Assembly (NCBI GenBank): GCA_050084515.1
Contig: CM114271.1
Location: 34,286,001-34,350,000, forward strand
Length of the DNA stretch: 64,000 bases
Direction: 5' to 3'
Source: Blasia pusilla
Taxonomy: Eukaryota
A model generated the notes under the pieces. The model was not told the origin of the DNA, searched no databases, and saw nothing but the letters and a program-made list of their open reading frames with translations. The translations under genes and the position numbers were made by a program. Positions 37,110 to 49,686 of the stretch are shown in pieces. The first letter of the stretch is position 1; every line of letters begins with the position of its first letter.

Positions 37110-40100
37110 CGTAAAACCATTTGTGGGAACTAAGGGCAAGCAAACTTTGAGGTTAATTCTTTGTTGATGGTGAGTGGCTTGGGAATCAAGATTAGTCGAG
37201 GCAAGCAGTGATGCCATAAAACTAGTCACGAAATACGAATCACGATAAGACCAACCACGAGCCACAAAAGCATGAGTTGAGAATCCGAGATGGGTGATTA
37301 GGCATAAGTTGCACGTAACGTAAGGTCAAAGGCCAAGGTGAGCTTAGTGAGTCAAGATAAGATGGGAACAAGCATGAGACTTACCCAAGATATCTTGGGA
37401 TCCAACTAGCCAAATATGGAGTTAGAAGTCCTAATCCACGTTTGGGTTGAGGGATTGGGGATTAGTATGCCTTTGTATAACTTGGTACTTAGACGTGTGA
37501 CTACTTCTATGACTATTGAATCAAGTTCAAAGTTGAGGTGGAAGTCAAGATCACTTCAAGTGGGAGTGCCCCAAAGCTACATGGGTAAACATGCATAAGG
37601 GTTGATTGCAATCGTAACTCACGATTTCTTTCATCTAGAGGGAGGGTGTGGATCATGTAAGTGAATCTAGAGACTTGGAGACCATAATAATTGAATGTGA
37701 GGCTTTAGATAATGAGTTAAGGAAAAGTGACAAACTTTATAACAATCTGAAAGGATTCTAAAGAAATTCAGTTTCTAGTTGAGTAACTAATAGCAGGAAA
37801 ATTTGTGCTACCATTAGTTGATATAGAATTGACTTCCAAATTTTTAGACACCAAGGCGGTGGAGAGATTTGAGTGTCAATAGTCAGTCAATATGGAACAA
37901 TCCTAAGTTGTGATCTATACAAGTGGGTACTTAAACATATCTTCATCCTATTGAATTTCTTCAAAACTCATTGCTAGTCCTGTTTTGTCCCCATGTGTTA
38001 CGAATTTGGTACACACATAAATTACAGATTATGGGGATGAAATTTTCAACGTCCCTCAATTGCCCTAAACTCTCGTTTCTACAAATACTGAAAATAATAT
38101 CTATATTGTTGCAAAATTTTATGCTTGTTATATACACTACATGTAGGGATCAAAGATGGAGTGTGGATGTCTCCACTTCATATGATACATTTCTTTGGTA
38201 TTATGAAGGTGTTTTATGGATGTAGATTGCATATGAGAGGCTAGTAGGCAAGCACTCTACAACCTCTATTTCCAACTCATCTTCTAGGCAAAAAATATTA
38301 AGCTTGGAAGTATCAATGAAGAGCATGTATCCAACTTGTAGGCTAGGTTTAAAGGTATCCCATTGTGGACAACTACAAACAACAACCTCTAACAATGCAA
38401 CAAAGTATCTACAATGAGGACATTTTATGTATGTGGACTTTGAGAGAGAGTTAATTGACGATATTGACCTACTATTTATGATTTCATATTTTGATTGGAT
38501 AGTACAAGCGGATTGGGAACATAGGGATGAGATACTATATCATGACTCCCATGTAAGTTGTAGTACAACACCGTACCTTGGCTTTTTGGAATGTCAATAC
38601 ACTTATACTCTTCCATCGCATCATCCTAAGTGCAATCTAAAGGAAGATCAAAAATATTTCCTCATATTTCTACTTTACATGCTTCCTGTGTAGGCACTAT
38701 TAATTCAATACCTAGAGGATACGATGCACATTGAGGGAAATGTGACTTACTTGTTAATAGATCATGTGTTTGCACTGATTGACACGAATGCTCATAGAGG
38801 AGCATGTATGGAGATGGACGTGCATTGTTGAGTGTACTTAGTGGAGGATATTAAAGGATGTGTGCACAAACCTCCCACACCATATTACTCACTTGAAAAA
38901 AGAGGCATGGTTTTTATAAACAACTTTCATAAGTACGATGCCTCTATATATATAAGCCTTCTTAAGCCTCATTGGCTTAAGTGGAACCACTATATGCTTA
39001 ATACTCATAACGTACCATCCAAAACAAAAGGGAGGGGTTATGAGTACTTAAGAGGTGACTTATGTATACATGCCACCTTTGAGATAACATGTCATAATGA
39101 CCTCTCAAGCTAAGCGCTACAAATGATCCCTTTAAACCTCAATGTAATATTACTTACATCCTATAGTCATGATAGATAATCATGTTCTTCTTATTTTCCT
39201 ATTAGGAAGTACTATACTAAGATACCAATACATTGTGAAAATGAGTGCATGTCTGATGCAAAAAATATGAAGGTTTATTAAAATTGGAATTAAATATTTT
39301 ATTATAAGGAAAAATACCTTATTTTTTGTCTGCTACACTATATTTCATTCCATAATAGTACAATTTTATTGTAATACTGACGAGCTTGAATTATGTGTGT
39401 GATATGGTGCATGAAGAAGTAAAATCTCCAAGGGAACAAAAAAGAATAAACTTGGTAATGACCAAATGTCAAGGGAAAAATCTCTACTTATTGAAAATAG
39501 ATATGAAATTCTGGGCAATAAAAAAATAAAACATTAAAAAATAAATAATTTTGAGAGGAAATTTCCATAACAATGAGAACTTGTAACTCACTTGAAAATT
39601 CATCTATTAAATAAAAGCCACAACCAATAACAACAACATTCCAATAAGCCACAACCAACAACAGAATAAGCAATACGAAAAACATAATTCATTTATCTCA
39701 TTACACCAATTCAAAATTGCGCAAATTTAACAAATAGGGATGCAAGGACATCCATTCATACTGTAATATATGCTCATGTGATTACAGGACAAAGCGGTAA
39801 ATATGTAAAATTTAATATGAAAGAATAGGAGAAAAAAAGAGACAAATTTGTGAAGGGAAGGTAAGATGATTTTAATATTACTAAATGAGAAGGTAAGGAA
39901 TGGAAGAAAATTATTTTTCCAAAATAAGGAAAAAGGAAAGGGGTTTTTTTTTCAAAATTAAAGGAGGGGTTGGGGAAAAGTTTTCCCCAAAACTAAGAGT
40001 TGTTACGCTAAACAATGGGAATCACATATAGTTCGGGAACCTCCAACACATTATATGGATTTATGGATTCATGAAATGGGGAGTGAAGAACATCAATTTT

Positions 40101-40908
40101 TCTCAAAGTCATCACGTGCATATCCCTACCATGCGTTGGTAAAATTCTCATAAAATAATCTTAATATATCACAAAATATCTCGATAAATAAATAAAACAC
40201 ACTTCCTTTTTAGTTATACAAAAATTTAATTTTCAGGGAAAAAATTCCAATTGTGGAAAGATTCATGTTGCCTTAATAGTATACATAAGGATAGGAAAAG
40301 AAAAGATTCTTGCGTCGAAAACAAGGGCTAGAATACAGATTTGAAAAACTAATTGCATATTAAAGAAACGAAGGTTTTCTTAGAAAAGAAAAAAGGGCCT
40401 TCTTTCCTCTTAGGTTGAAACCTTCAAAACTCAAATCATGCCCTTTGTATTCGGTTTTATAGGTAATTCATCTAGGAATTTTTAGTTTTTTCTTAAAGGA
40501 GGGGAAGCAAGAATGAAATAATCTATATTGTTATGGTAGAGTTCTCCCTTTGATTTTCAAACTCCTCTCTCTTGATATTCGGCAGTGATTTTTAGCCAAT
40601 GAGGTTGACTCATATCCTTGAATAATTTAGAGTCACTTTTGCGGGGCAGTCAAGTTAGGGGTCGATTTGCGTTCTGTCGGGATCCAATTAAGCGTCAATT
40701 TGAAATCCATTAGGGGCCTATAATGATGGGTAGCTTAAACTACCTCTCAAGAGCCCTCTTGCATCACTTACGCACCTACTAGTTGTTTTAATAAAAGCGG
40801 ACTTCACAAGAGACTCTTTCCTAAGAGTTTTCTTTTCAATAGGGGAGGAAAAAAGAGAAAAAATAGACTTTCAGGAAAAAATTATCAATGTTTTATTTTC
40901 AAAACACT

Positions 40909-41816
40909 TGTCGCGATCCTCATAACCACACGAGCGCCAAACAGAACATCAGAATTCTAGCGGGCTCACGCTAGGATGGTTTGCACGTTGGAGAGGTCTC
41001 TTGGACGAGACGCATGATACATAAGAGATGAGAGGTGAACAAGGTTGAGCGTTTCATGCGTTTATGATCGCGACTAGGAAACCTGAACCAAACGTGAACC
41101 AAGACTTGAGAGGAGTCGAGTCTAGGAAGTTGCCAAAGAGGCGAGAATCGAATTTGGAACGTGACTAGCGTTTGGGGTTTCGACTGTATTTTAGACCATA
41201 AATTTTAGACCTAAGATGTATTTGGGATAAATAAGGTGGCCTTGGAAAGCTTATGCAAATTTGGTTTCAACGCACCAAAAATCTCAGCAAATGCACAATC
41301 AGAAGATGAGAAACCATCAAAAAATGACTGTATGGGAAGTTGAGTTGAGGGCCAAAAAGAGGGGCGCAAATGCCTCTTCCCCAAAGATAGGGGGAGAATG
41401 GAGAACCCTAGAAGTACTAGTAAGGGGGAAGGTCTCCAAGAGTGTTTGGGACTCGAACCCCACTTTGGGGTGTCACGAGGCGAACCAAGGCACGGAATGG
41501 ATTGGGAGGTTTGGTGTTGGGATTCAAAACCCGAAGCAAGTCCAATAGAGTGGATTTCAGAGGCCACTATTGGATTCCAATGGTGACTCATTTAGTTGGG
41601 TCACAATTAGGGACTTGCGCAAGATCCATTGGATAGTTGGGACGGCCAGGCATTCGAATATCATTTCAAGTACCCGGATTATTGAGAAAGTCTATCCCAA
41701 GTCTTGGAAGACTTGCCTATGTTGGGAAGCTAGAAAAAAGGAAGTTTGAGCTTGACATATGGCCGAGTTGAGAACTTGGACAGTTGGAAGGTTGATTGGC
41801 CTAGACTAGACTAACG
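40909..41816 (+). mobile_element. Diverged, 3'-truncated LTR of family A in opposite orientation
   Basis: Starts TGTCGCGATCCTCA and contains CTAGCGGGCTCACGCTA and AGAAGTACTAGTAAGGGGAAGGTCTC, the reverse complements of segments in 4327-5327. Similarity stops ~110 bp short of the LTR end. Confidence 0.85.
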
Positions 41817-41900
41817 TGAAAAGGCTGGTTTTGATGACTAGCAACAGAATGACTAATTTAATAACTCATTATATGACTCAAATGGAAATATGCAATTTTC

Positions 41901-42210
41901 CCATCATCAGGGTGATTGCACTCGTGAGGGTCATGGACGTGTGCCTCAACATCGAGGAGGAGATGGTGTTGCACTAGGAGGTGATCAATGTGTCTATTGT
42001 CAGAGGTATGGTCACACACGAGCCAAGTGTTTCAGTTTACACCTTGAGTTACGTCCGGACCGAGGGCCAAAGAGGGCACTAGAGCGAGAAGCCGGTCCGG
42101 GTGGGCTAGAGATCGTGCACCAGGTGGTCCCGGTGAGGGACGAGGAGCTGAAGTTGCCCGACAGGGTGGTGGAGGTAGAGTCCCACCACCTACACGCATC
42201 GAGGGAGACG
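41901..42210 (+). pseudogene. gag zinc-knuckle fragment, same family as 8540-10637
   Basis: HHQGDCTREGHGRVPQH...CVYCQRYGHTRAKCFSLHLELR is near-identical in peptide to part of ORF 9155-9625. Confidence 0.88.
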
Positions 42211-42753
42211 GTTGAACCTTGATGACCCTGATGTATGGATGTGAGCATGTTCTCAGAGGGCTTAATTGTTTTAGAGCGTGATGCCCATGGCGTTTGAGAA
42301 CTTGACGATTGCGCAACATTGGGATATATTGAGGTATGCGACTATTCGGGGGGTGGTTATCGACCTACTATCCGGCGGTTTTATCAGGGAGACTATATCT
42401 ACTTGCAACAGACAGCACCCACGACGTTGGATATGATTGCAGGGCGCACCATCTTGAGAGTGTGTGAGGTTTTGCCATCAAGTGTTCTCTTATTGGAAGG
42501 ACATGATGGTATGGTTTGGAAGGACCATGTGCGTAACTATGCGTCGTGTCACCTTCCGAACATTGATGATATAGCTGATCCGAGCTCATTAATAGTTCCT
42601 GCAGGCTTGCGATGTATGTTGTGTAGTTCTACCCGCGGTGCAACCACTATGCTAGTCTATGATGGATGTTCAAGAGGATGGCATATGGCATGTTTGACGC
42701 CACCTCTCACTAGGGTTCCTCAGGGACGATGGATGTGTCCCAGATATATGTAG
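42211..42753 (+). pseudogene. Gypsy integrase C-terminal region ending in a PHD finger
   Basis: Reads LDDPDVW...MPMAFENLTIAQHWDILRYATIR, then a frameshift, then GGGYRP...GDYIYL...RCMLCSS...MLVYDGCSRGWHMACLTPPLTRVPQGRWMCPRY*. This is C4HC3 spacing with two Cys codons reading TAT. Confidence 0.85.
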
Positions 42754-43063
42754 CATAGGTAGTTCTAGATTCCGACTTGTGTCTGTGACATGGATAACAA
42801 GAAGGCGACTAACGATGGGGCCACATGAGCACCTGACCTTCTTGCTCTTAGCGTTTGAGAGATGTATGTCTTGGTAGGTTGGGATAGATGGTTATCTGGA
42901 GTTAGAAAGACCTAACCATCGCCTAAGAGGATGATTGGAGATATTTTGGTACTTCTTGTCTCGTTGTTTGGATGCCATGAGTTAGCATGGGATTGTGCGT
43001 GTTTGTGTGTGTGTTCGGTAACAACGATATATGTTGTGTAGCAATGTGTATGCGTACGACGTT

Positions 43064-43552
43064 TGTCACGTCTTTTAGGATAGATCCATGAGATCTAGTA
43101 GAGCGCCTTCTTCAATAGTGGAGGACATGCTCAGGAGGTCGAGGATGGCCTGCTGAGACCCCTTCCTTTCGGCTCATTTGGAGCCATATTGAGAAACTTA
43201 CTATTTTAGGTAAGTACCATTTTGAGTATATGGTCACCTTTATATTTTTGGTAAGTGGCCTTTGACTTCTTACATCAGGTCAAGAGCCAAGGAGGTGGCT
43301 TGGGAGCATAGGTTACCATGGAGAGAGTTTGGGGGAAGGGAGGGGTGTACCTCAATGAGAGAGAGCTTGAGAGCTCATTCTCTCTTTGTTGAACCTCTTG
43401 GCATGAGGCGGCGGAGTTATGGTCCCTTGCCTTGTGAGTATAACCCAAGCCTCTCATTAGGAGAGTGGGTTTGATTTGACATTGAAAGAGACATGTGAGA
43501 ATGTACACATATGAAAATTATGGTGTTGTGAGAGAGATTAGATCTTATTTTA
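43064..43552 (+). repeat. 5' ~490-bp fragment of the family B LTR-like repeat
   Basis: Starts TGTCACGTCTTTTAGGATAGAT and is the reverse complement of ~7805-8325. Confidence 0.88.
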
Positions 43553-44228
43553 TTGGTGAGATTTTGGTATTTCTTGTCTCGTTGTTTGGATATCATGAGT
43601 TAGCATGGGATTCTTTTCTCCCCATCTAATCAAACTAGCCAATCCAGGTGTCCATTTGTGCATAATAATTAATTTCTTTCCAAACTCAGGGAAAAAGAAA
43701 TTGAAAAACATTCAAGAAAGATGAGATCCACGTAACGGGTAAGGAGGGCGTCAAAGGTAATAGAGGGCAACGGCTAACACTGTTTTTGAGCCCGCTACTA
43801 TACTTTGGAAAACCACAACATAGAACAGATGCTGTCGTGCATTTTCTCCGACCGTGTATGAGACTGTCCGATCTCCTGTAGCCGCTGGAACCGAGCCACA
43901 TTGAACTCGACCAATCAGCAAGAACACGGTTCATTCGGAGAGCAATTGGTGTGCGGCCAGAGATCGGTCGAGATGGAGGAATGCATGGGGGAATCGGAAG
44001 GAGAAATCGAAATCTGAGCGCACAGATTTTTTTGTGATCAAGATCGCATGGCGGCCCGTGTCCCTGTCTTGTTTCGAGCTTGGACCCGAATTTCAACTGC
44101 GCGTGGGAGTTCGAGTGTCTCTGTTTGTAGAGGGAGAACCGAATTCTGGCCTCTGCGTGGGCGTAAAATTCACGGTGTGGATCCAGTCTCGACGTAGAAT
44201 TTATTTACATTTTAAGTGTCTGTAAGAT

Positions 44229-44278
44229 TTCTGTGAAGTTTTGAGACACTAATTATAGTGTCTCAAAACTTCACAGAA
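44229..44278. repeat. Perfect inverted repeat with 23-bp arms and a 4-nt loop
   Basis: TTCTGTGAAGTTTTGAGACACTA atta TAGTGTCTCAAAACTTCACAGAA. Confidence 0.92.
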
Positions 44279-44861
44279 TTAGCACACTGGATAATGGAAT
44301 AGTTGTCCCGGTACGCGTGCTTGAGATGGTTGGAATGTGCCTTCTGTATTTCAGATTTTCTTGAGGACGAATGTTGATTCATGCTGGTGATGACTTTCGA
44401 TTTCCACTGCATTTACTACTGCCATGCGATTTAGAGGCAGAGGTTGGAGGGAACATCATCGTCCAAATGAATCTGGAATTTGTCTTGCTCATCATGAAAT
44501 CTTTTGTTTTAAGGATGGTCTAGTAGTGTCTCGGAGCTTAGTGCTTGATTACTCTATCTGCATTGCTGCTGCACAGTTGTGAGACAGTTATTAAAAATAG
44601 CCAATTCCCTCTCTGCATGCGATGGGGATAGCTGAAATATATATTATGCATCAGAGAAAGATTTGCTGTAAGAATAGTGAAAGATTCTTTCGAAGCTTTG
44701 CCATCGGCTACTGCGTGGTTGCAAGGCAGAGTCATAGAAGAAGAAAATAAAATTTTCTTTCTTTCTGAGTGTGTTTTGGATTGCTGGTTGTGTCTTCTGC
44801 TGTACGTATTCCGGTTGTACGAATGGTTCACCTCAATCTGAACCCTAGTGAGCAATTGATA

Positions 44862-45207
44862 GATCTAGTAGATGACTTTCAAAGCTACAGATTTTTCATA
44901 TTTCTTGTAATTATTTTGTCCAGAAGCGCAATTTAGGCCAAGATGATTGAGAGAAATCTTGTTCAGTTGTACTCTTGGTCTTCATATTATCTCTTGAACG
45001 ACATTCTGCTGAGAATCATGAAAAGTTCTGAAAGATCTAGTACATGAACTTCAAGTTGACAGATTTTTTCATATTTGTGTAATTGTTTGTTCACTAGCGC
45101 AATTTAGGCATCCCAAGATGATTGAGATAAAGCTTGTTCAGTTGTACACTCGGCCTTCACATCTTCTCTCTTGAACGATATTGTGCTGAGAATCATGAAG
45201 AGTTTTG
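44862..45207. repeat. Diverged tandem duplication, 2 x ~172 bp, upstream of the AFG1-like CDS
   Basis: AGATCTAGTA...GCGCAATTTAGGC...CTTGTTCAGTTGTAC...GCTGAGAATCATGAA occurs twice. Confidence 0.85.
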
Positions 45208-45396
45208 TACGATGATAATCTTCACACATTGTCGTGTCATAACCAGAACTTTGTCATTTTGTTCAAAGAAAACCTAAGTTTGTCAGAAGCTTTAAATTCT
45301 TTCTCGAAAGTGTCCATATTTTCTAGTACCAAAAGTGACGAAATCTCAAAAACTCTGATGTAATTTTCGTTGTAATCCTTATTTTCCCCTGCTTGA

Positions 45397-48300
45397 ATGG
45401 GCAATGTGATTATTAATGCTCTAAGATCAGGCTTGAAGCTAAACGCTTCTTCAATGGTTGCAGATCTTAAATCTTTATACACAAGGCGTGTCTCCACCAA
45501 GCCAACAAATGTCTGTCGTCAATATAGTGATTTGACACCTACAAGGGAAGGCCTTCTCACATCCTATCAGAATCTCACAAAACTTGGTCGCCTGCAATCT
45601 GGAGACCAGGCTCAGGTTCGCACATGTTCTCAATTTTGAGCAAATTTGATTGGCATGGGTTTAGTTTCTTTCTTTCTCAGCTGTCTAGATTAAGAGCAAG
45701 GCACATAATAGAGTTTGAACCAGAAATTGGATCTACCCAATGAAGAGTTAGTTTTGCTTTCTGATCACTCAATAGTTCTCCCAGCGTATTCTGGATGCGC
45801 AAGGGTAGCCTTGTAGATGAGATGTGGATTCACTAGACACAAGCAGATAGAGTTGAGGAAAGTTCTTTCAGAATTACAGATAAACCCACATCCTTCCTCC
45901 ATTCATTGTGCTCTGTTGGACCGCTCTCTCCCTGGTGCCTGGCAAAGAGAGATGGGCGTTCAGCTCTTCCGACCCTCTTGAGGTACCAGTTCTTCTTCAC
46001 AAGGAAGAGCAAAAAGCCTAGAATGTTGGGAACTCTTTCAGAGAGTTCATTACGATCGCTTTAAATGCAATCCTCTTGGTGCTGGAGAAAAGTACTCAAT
46101 CTTTGGGGATCAGGAATGTAAACTCGATGATCCCTTCCAACAACAGATCCTGTGGTGCTATTTTCCTGACGTCAAGGCATAAGGGCGAGAAGATATTTTT
46201 GTGACGTATCCAAGATCTGTAGCCCTTAAAGATGTTCTGTCTGCAACCAGATAGTGATTGGAAGTCAACACAGAGCAGGATTTCGACTTCTATTCCCATG
46301 GTACTTTTCTCGTGGTTCAAGTTAATTGCACTTATCCTACACTTGAAACTTAGCCATGTTATCAAGGAAAGACCTACCAATAGTTCTGGAAGTCCACTGC
46401 TTCAGAAAACCACAAAACCCCTCTGGTCTTGAGAACCTTAGGCAGGTAAATCTCGATGGGGATCCAGCTTAGGTTTCCTAAGACCCAGCAGATTCTGCCT
46501 TGTTTTAAACTAGTCCTAGCAGAGAAATTAATTATTTTCTGAGGATTAACAGAAACCGGTGTAATTTTTCTTTAAAAAACGCAAAGTAATATTTTATTTG
46601 TAATCTCACAGTTGTATTTCAAAACTTGATACTATCACTAACCAATCTGCTGGTTTCTCACGAGCATATATTTGACAATATGAGTTGTTATTTCACTCTT
46701 TGGGCTTCATCATTTGGTTAGCCTTGGAAGGATGCTCCTCATGCTGTTTAGCTGGATTGTGATATGAGAGTGGTCATGCAGGAAAAAGTTGCTGAAGCTT
46801 TGGATAAACTATGTCAAGATTTGAGTCAAGATGACGATTACAGGTGACTTCTAGGTTCTTAGAGACATGCGTGTTGAACGTTTATTACATCCCTATGTAC
46901 TGACAAAACCTAAGCCAGTCCACTCGATAGAAATTAAATGGACAATGGGTACGATTTGCAGATGGCTCCCGAAACAAGTTCTCAGAACCCTGAGGAGCCT
47001 GCCCCTCAGGCACAGGCAGCGAGGCATGTACATACACGGAGGAGTTGGTAGGGGAAAGACTATGCTCATGGATCTCTTCTATGAGAAAGTCAACAACAGT
47101 AGAAAACACCGGGTGCACTTCCATTCCTTCATGTAAGGAAACTGTGTCGAGTGTTGATCGCTTTTCATAGAGCATGCTTGAGTTAAGATGACATGAACCA
47201 CAGATAGTAAGGGTAATTCTCTTCCAGTGCTTGATTCCTCTTAGTCAACATCTGAGTTCTGAATCTTAAATATTATGGAGAAGTATGCTTTGCTTGTAAC
47301 GGTTTTGCTTGCTCATTCCATGTACACTTTCTTTAGAATCTTTTATAGATTTGTATCTTACTTCTTAGATGTATCATTTCAGGTTGGATGTACATACACG
47401 CCTTCATCATCTTTTGAAGATGGAGCCTGATACTCCAGCTGCAAATTCTCTCAAGCGTGTTGCTTTGCAGTTGGTGCAGGAAGCACGTCTTCTTTGTCTA
47501 GATGAGGTGGAGGGTATGTTGGAATGACCTTTTCTTAGAATGCTCGACTCTTGACTCTCAGGTCTAGCTAATGAAAGTTGTAAAGAAGTTACTCTTGTAC
47601 ATGTTATAGAACTGTGGATTTCTTCACTACGTCTCTCGTATCATGTACGATATCGTCCTGATTCCTAATCAACTACTTGGTTCACATCCTGTTTATGTCA
47701 GTGACAGACATTGCCGATGCTCTCATCTTAAGGCGTTTGTTTGCGGAGCTTTGGCCTCTGGGAATGGTAGTTGTTGCCACATCAAATTTGGCACCTGAGC
47801 AACTATATCGCAATGGCCTTAATCGTCACCTGGTTGGTGAATCTCTCTACCCAAAATTGTGTTATTGTTGAAGCTGTTTCATCTTCTCTTTTGACAGGGC
47901 CATTGTATACGCAGTCTTGCTACTAGTCGCTAATCTACCAAAGCACTTGGCAGTTTCAAGTCAAGATGTGAGGGTATGTGTTGGGCTTATAAAATGAGAG
48001 GTTATTGCAGTTTGAGCCTTTCATCAAGCAGCTAAAGGAGCACTGCTGTGTATACAGCTTAGATAGTGGTCATTCAATCGACTATCGACGCAGTTTCTCA
48101 AAACTGGATCAGTTATTCATGCACCCGCTTGCAGAGGAGAATGACAGGGCCATGGACAAAGCCTTTGTTACCCTTACAGGTGATTGGGTTAATGCTCTGG
48201 GAATTAAACCTTCTGCAAAGAATTGTTTCCCCTTTTCACACTTCATTTCTCATCTTTTTTTGTCTTGTGTTAGGTGGGCATACTGGCAACGTTGTACAGA

Positions 48301-49047
48301 TACCCATCATAATGGGCAGACAATTACAGATTCTGGCTGCAGAGGGAGTTGCCCGTACTTCCTTTGAATTCTTGTGCGGTGGTCCCCATGGAGCTGTGGA
48401 TTATATAACAATCGCAAAGCACTTTCGCGTTCTTTTTCTTGACAGGTCAACTTCCTTTTCTCTCACAAGCAAAAATAATGCCTCTTTGAATTGATGTAGA
48501 TTATATTTTAAAATTGAAAAAGCTTCACTGGTTTGCATTTGCTTCTTGACACACCAAACCATTCATGAAAATCCTCAGCAGCGTTCTCTGTTAAGATGAG
48601 TGTTTTAATTACAGAATACCATGGCTTGGAGACCATGAAGCTGAAAATGAAGCACGGAGATTTATCACCCTCATTGATATACTCTACCAAGAAAATGTCC
48701 TCCTCATCTGCTCTGCCCAAGTGGCAATTGAGGAGTTATTGAAAGAGAAACCAGATGCAGAGCGCATTAGAGAACAAACGAGTAAGAAAGCAGACCTCAA
48801 TGTTACTGGACAGGGAGGAAGTTCGGGCAGGTCAACTCTCATGATTGGGCACATGGAATGGAGTGCCACTGGCCGAACAGGAGTTTCACTCGCACAACTT
48901 GCAGGCACTCTCCCATTCACTCGTATTGCTGCACCCAGGGCAGTTTCCCGGCTTCTTGAGATGCAGAGTAAGAATTATATCTTGAAGGCAGGTGCCTATG
49001 GCAACATTGTACTGTCTAAATTTTATGCGAGGTATTATAATAGCTGA
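45397..49047 (+). CDS. AFG1/ZapE/LACE1-like P-loop ATPase, 8 exons, ~495 aa, probably mitochondrial
   Basis: Exons: 45397-45615, 46782-46843, 46962-47132, 47383-47513, 47702-47832, 48011-48179, 48274-48445, 48615-49047 (1488 nt, all GT-AG). Motifs: [69 protein letters not shown]. The N-terminus is basic with RQYS. Confidence 0.92.
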
Positions 49048-49686
49048 AATGTCCTGTATGAACCCGCTGAGGAAGATTTCATCCTGTTTCTTCCCGGAAT
49101 TTGAGTATATGATTGCACCATATTACCAAACATTGATCGACCAGATAGTATCTTGAAAACTTCAAATGAATTTCTGGCGAAAAATCCAAACGAAATTTAT
49201 CATGAAATGTTCTCTTCACAAGATCAGCACAGAAGCTCAAAATAGACATGGGAGGAAGACGGCGACTTCTTATCACAAGTTAAACTGCCCCCATTCGCAG
49301 ACTGTTTTATACCACTCAAAATGCCTGCTATGTGACTTTGACTAATATGTGACAGTACGACTGCTGCAACTGCTGCTGTATTTGCCTAGTGACTGGTTGC
49401 CAAAGATCAATTTTATCTATGACGTAGACTACTTTCAAAATTGTGTTACTCTACCCTGTTCTGCACTGAGGTATGAAGTGTTCAGCACTGAGGTATGTCA
49501 CCCACTGTAAATTACTATACACAAGTAGGCTTGCCAAGACCCACTTGCTCGCTCTTGATAATGTGCATCTGCCGTACTTCTATAGCTAGGTTACTACTTT
49601 ATGGAGTCTTTACAATATCACCTCCAAAGACCAAATCTACCTTTCTGATGAAGGGAGCCACGAGAAGGGATGCCTAAAGCATTTGA

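Noticed and set aside
39970..39990. 10-bp-arm palindrome TTGGGGAAAA-G-TTTTCCCCAA
   Set aside because: It is short and low-complexity in AT-rich DNA, so it is not informative.
33000..40900. AT-rich stretch with scattered short ORFs
   Set aside because: It is probably old transposon debris. Apart from the features listed at 36.2-37.1 kb, I could not support any domain.
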